A stretch of DNA of 54,742 bases, filler included, from Circinaria calcarea (taxonomy: Eukaryota), in NCBI GenBank assembly GCA_051942165.1. It is 4 parts of 4 records of this genome, joined end to end, with 100 filler letters (N's around TTAATTAATTAA, not from the genome) between each part and the next. Parts side by side here need not be neighbours in the genome. Positions count along the whole stretch, not along the records: positions 41,138 to 54,742 come from JAVECS010000486.1; 3 more parts are not named here. One strand, given 5' to 3'. Shown here piece after piece: positions 52,733 to 54,742 of this stretch. How positions within the stretch are numbered: position 1 is the first letter of the stretch; every line of letters starts with the position of its first letter. The translations under genes were made by a program, and so were the position numbers. The notes under the pieces are model-generated. The model was not told where the DNA came from, made no database searches, and worked only from the letters and a program-made list of their open reading frames with translations.

Positions 52733-54742
52733 ATGGCCGCGACTACCGGCTTCTCTCCTCATTCCTCCACACTCGGCGAGAAATCGGCACAAAAGTATGG
52801 CGAAGACTCTACGATCCTTGCGCGAGGCCTCCCAGACCAGGAGGCCGCGATACCATACTCGGGTCGTAGCTCAGATGAGCTAAAGCCAAGGTGTGACGAC
52901 ACACATCGGAAGCTGAAAGCTCGACATATACAATTGATTGGAATTGGGGGGTAAGTGGTTACTTCTCGAATGCGACATCACTAGAGCGAGAGAGAAGAAA
53001 GAGGATAGAGACTGATAGTGCGACACTTTAGAACTATAGGGACGGCGCTCTTTGTACAAATTGGGGTGAGCAGGGCTTTCTTTGGCACAATTGGGGGTCT
53101 GCCCACAGCTGATAGAACAACTGAATAGCGTGGACTTATCAATGGGGGCCCAGCTTCGCTGTTTATGGCTTTTACGATATGGTAGGATAACTTCCCTATC
53201 TTCCTGCTCCGATCGAAAGACTACTACGCAGCCACGAAGAAACCAAGTTTACGCTCTGGTCAAGGCGATGCGGAGCCTCCCCCAAGCCTTTAATACGAGT
53301 CCAATCTTACATAGTCGTTTATTTAGGTGCACCTTTATTTTGGCGGTTACGAACTGTACGGAATGAATTTCTCTCCGTCTCTACTCCCCGACCGCTTATC
53401 CGAACGTGGACTTTGGCAGTGGCCTTCGGAGTCCAGAGGGTCGCTTACACTTGGATACTCTGGGTTACTAACATCCACCATGTTCAGGCATGGCTGAGAT
53501 GGTCACCTATCTTCCTATATCCTCACCTTTCATACGATTCGCCGGCCGCTACGTCGACGAAGCGTTCGGGTTTGCTGCGGGCTATAACTTCTTCATCTTC
53601 GAAGCTGCTCTTGTCCCGTTCGAGGTTGTTGCATGTAATGTCATCATACACTACTGGAGCGATGTTGTCCCAGCCGGAGGGATTATCGCCATTGTCATCG
53701 TATTATATGGGTTAGTGCTGGCATTCTCCTAGCTTTCTTCTGCCATACCTACAATTTACCTTTGCATGGCGATTCTTCGAATACTTACATACCTGACCAG
53801 TACCATCAACGTCTTTGCGGTAAAGTGGTACGGTGAATCCGAGTTCTGGCTCGCCCTTGGTAAAGTCATCCTCATCATTGGCCTAATCTTCTATACTTTC
53901 GTCACCATGCTAGGCGGTAATCCCCTTCATGACCGCTTTGGCTTCCGGTACTGGCGCGACCCCGGTGCTTTTGCCGAACTCTACAAGTCTGGTTCCTTGG
54001 GCCGATTTCTTGGCTTCCTGCAGTGTCTTATCCTGGCCAGTTTTACCATAGCGGGGCCAGACTATGTGAGTATGGCAGCGGGAGAAGCGGAGAATCCGAG
54101 AGTCGTGATGCCGAAAGCTTTCAATGCAGTCTTCGGACGGCTCATGGCCTTCTTCGTTCTCGGAAGCTTAGCGGTGGGTATCAACGTGCCTTATACGGAT
54201 CCCGAACTTGCAAGCGCATTCTCTACAGGGCTACCGGGCGCAGCAGCAAGTCCTTATGTAGTCGCTATGAACAGGCTTAAGATAAAGGTATTACCCGACA
54301 TCGTCAACGCCATGGTATTAGGAGCAGCCTTCAGCGCAGGGAATAGCTATGTCTACTGCGCGAGTAGGAGCTTATTTGGATTAGCATTGGAGGGTAAGGC
54401 GCCAAGATTCTTGACCAAATGTACAAAACAAGGAGTACCCATTTATTGTGTCCTTGTCGTACTACTTATTAGCCTCTTAAGCTTTTTGCAAGTCAGCAAC
54501 AGTGCAAGTGTGGTGCTGCAGTGGTTCGTGAGCCTGGTAGGCTACTCGGTCACAGGACTCTGTCACAATAGGCTAATCGCAGGTAGGTCACTGCATCGCA
54601 ACTCATCAACTTCTCAGTCATGTCCTATACCTTCATTCGCTTCATGAAAGCTTGCGAAGCCCAGGGTCTTTCTCGGGACACGCTGCCATACAAAGGTTGG
54701 GGCCAACCATACGCGGCATGGTATGCTTTGACCGGTTGCTTC
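52733..54742 (+). CDS. Amino acid permease, APC/YAT family, AGP2-like (runs off the window end)
   Basis: HRKLKARHIQLIGIGG/TIGTALFVQIG/RGLINGGPASLF, MAEMVTYLPISSPFIRFAGRYVDEAFGFAAG, YGESEFW, GFRYWRDPGAF, AGEAENPR and SPYVVAM. Several short exons. Confidence 0.93.

Overview
Intron-rich nuclear DNA of a filamentous ascomycete (Pezizomycotina-type genes and splice signals). The window is not one locus. It is four contigs of 13621, 13608, 13608 and 13605 nt, joined by identical 100-nt artificial linkers (N44-TTAATTAATTAA-N44), apparently in descending size order. Contig 1 (1-13621) is a dense housekeeping block rich in RNA-processing genes: ZPR1 (partial), DBR1, an Rpr2/Snm1-like RNase P/MRP subunit, a queuosine salvage hydrolase (DUF2419/Qng1), UBA2, an OAR1-like SDR, ELC1, SEN54, and an intron-containing tRNA-Leu(TAG) head-to-head with SEN54. 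Contig 2 carries a very large PhoD-like phosphatase gene, KEX2, a spliced Cys-rich orphan gene and SNX4/ATG24. Contig 3 carries an LTR remnant with RIP-like composition, ARO1, a MITE-like inverted repeat, an RPN4-like C2H2 factor and a divergent histone H4/H3 pair. Contig 4 carries a nucleoside hydrolase (partial), a bZIP factor, about 8 kb of gene-poor DNA with repeats and orphan or degenerate ORFs, and an AGP2-like amino acid permease (partial). I see no clearly novel multi-gene system. The best leads are the SEN54/tRNA arrangement, a 333-nt in-frame intron-like segment in the PhoD-like gene, alternative bZIP C-termini, a stop-free in-frame intron in the H3 tail, and several orphan or structured elements. 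All calls come from reading the sequence; no database searches were run.
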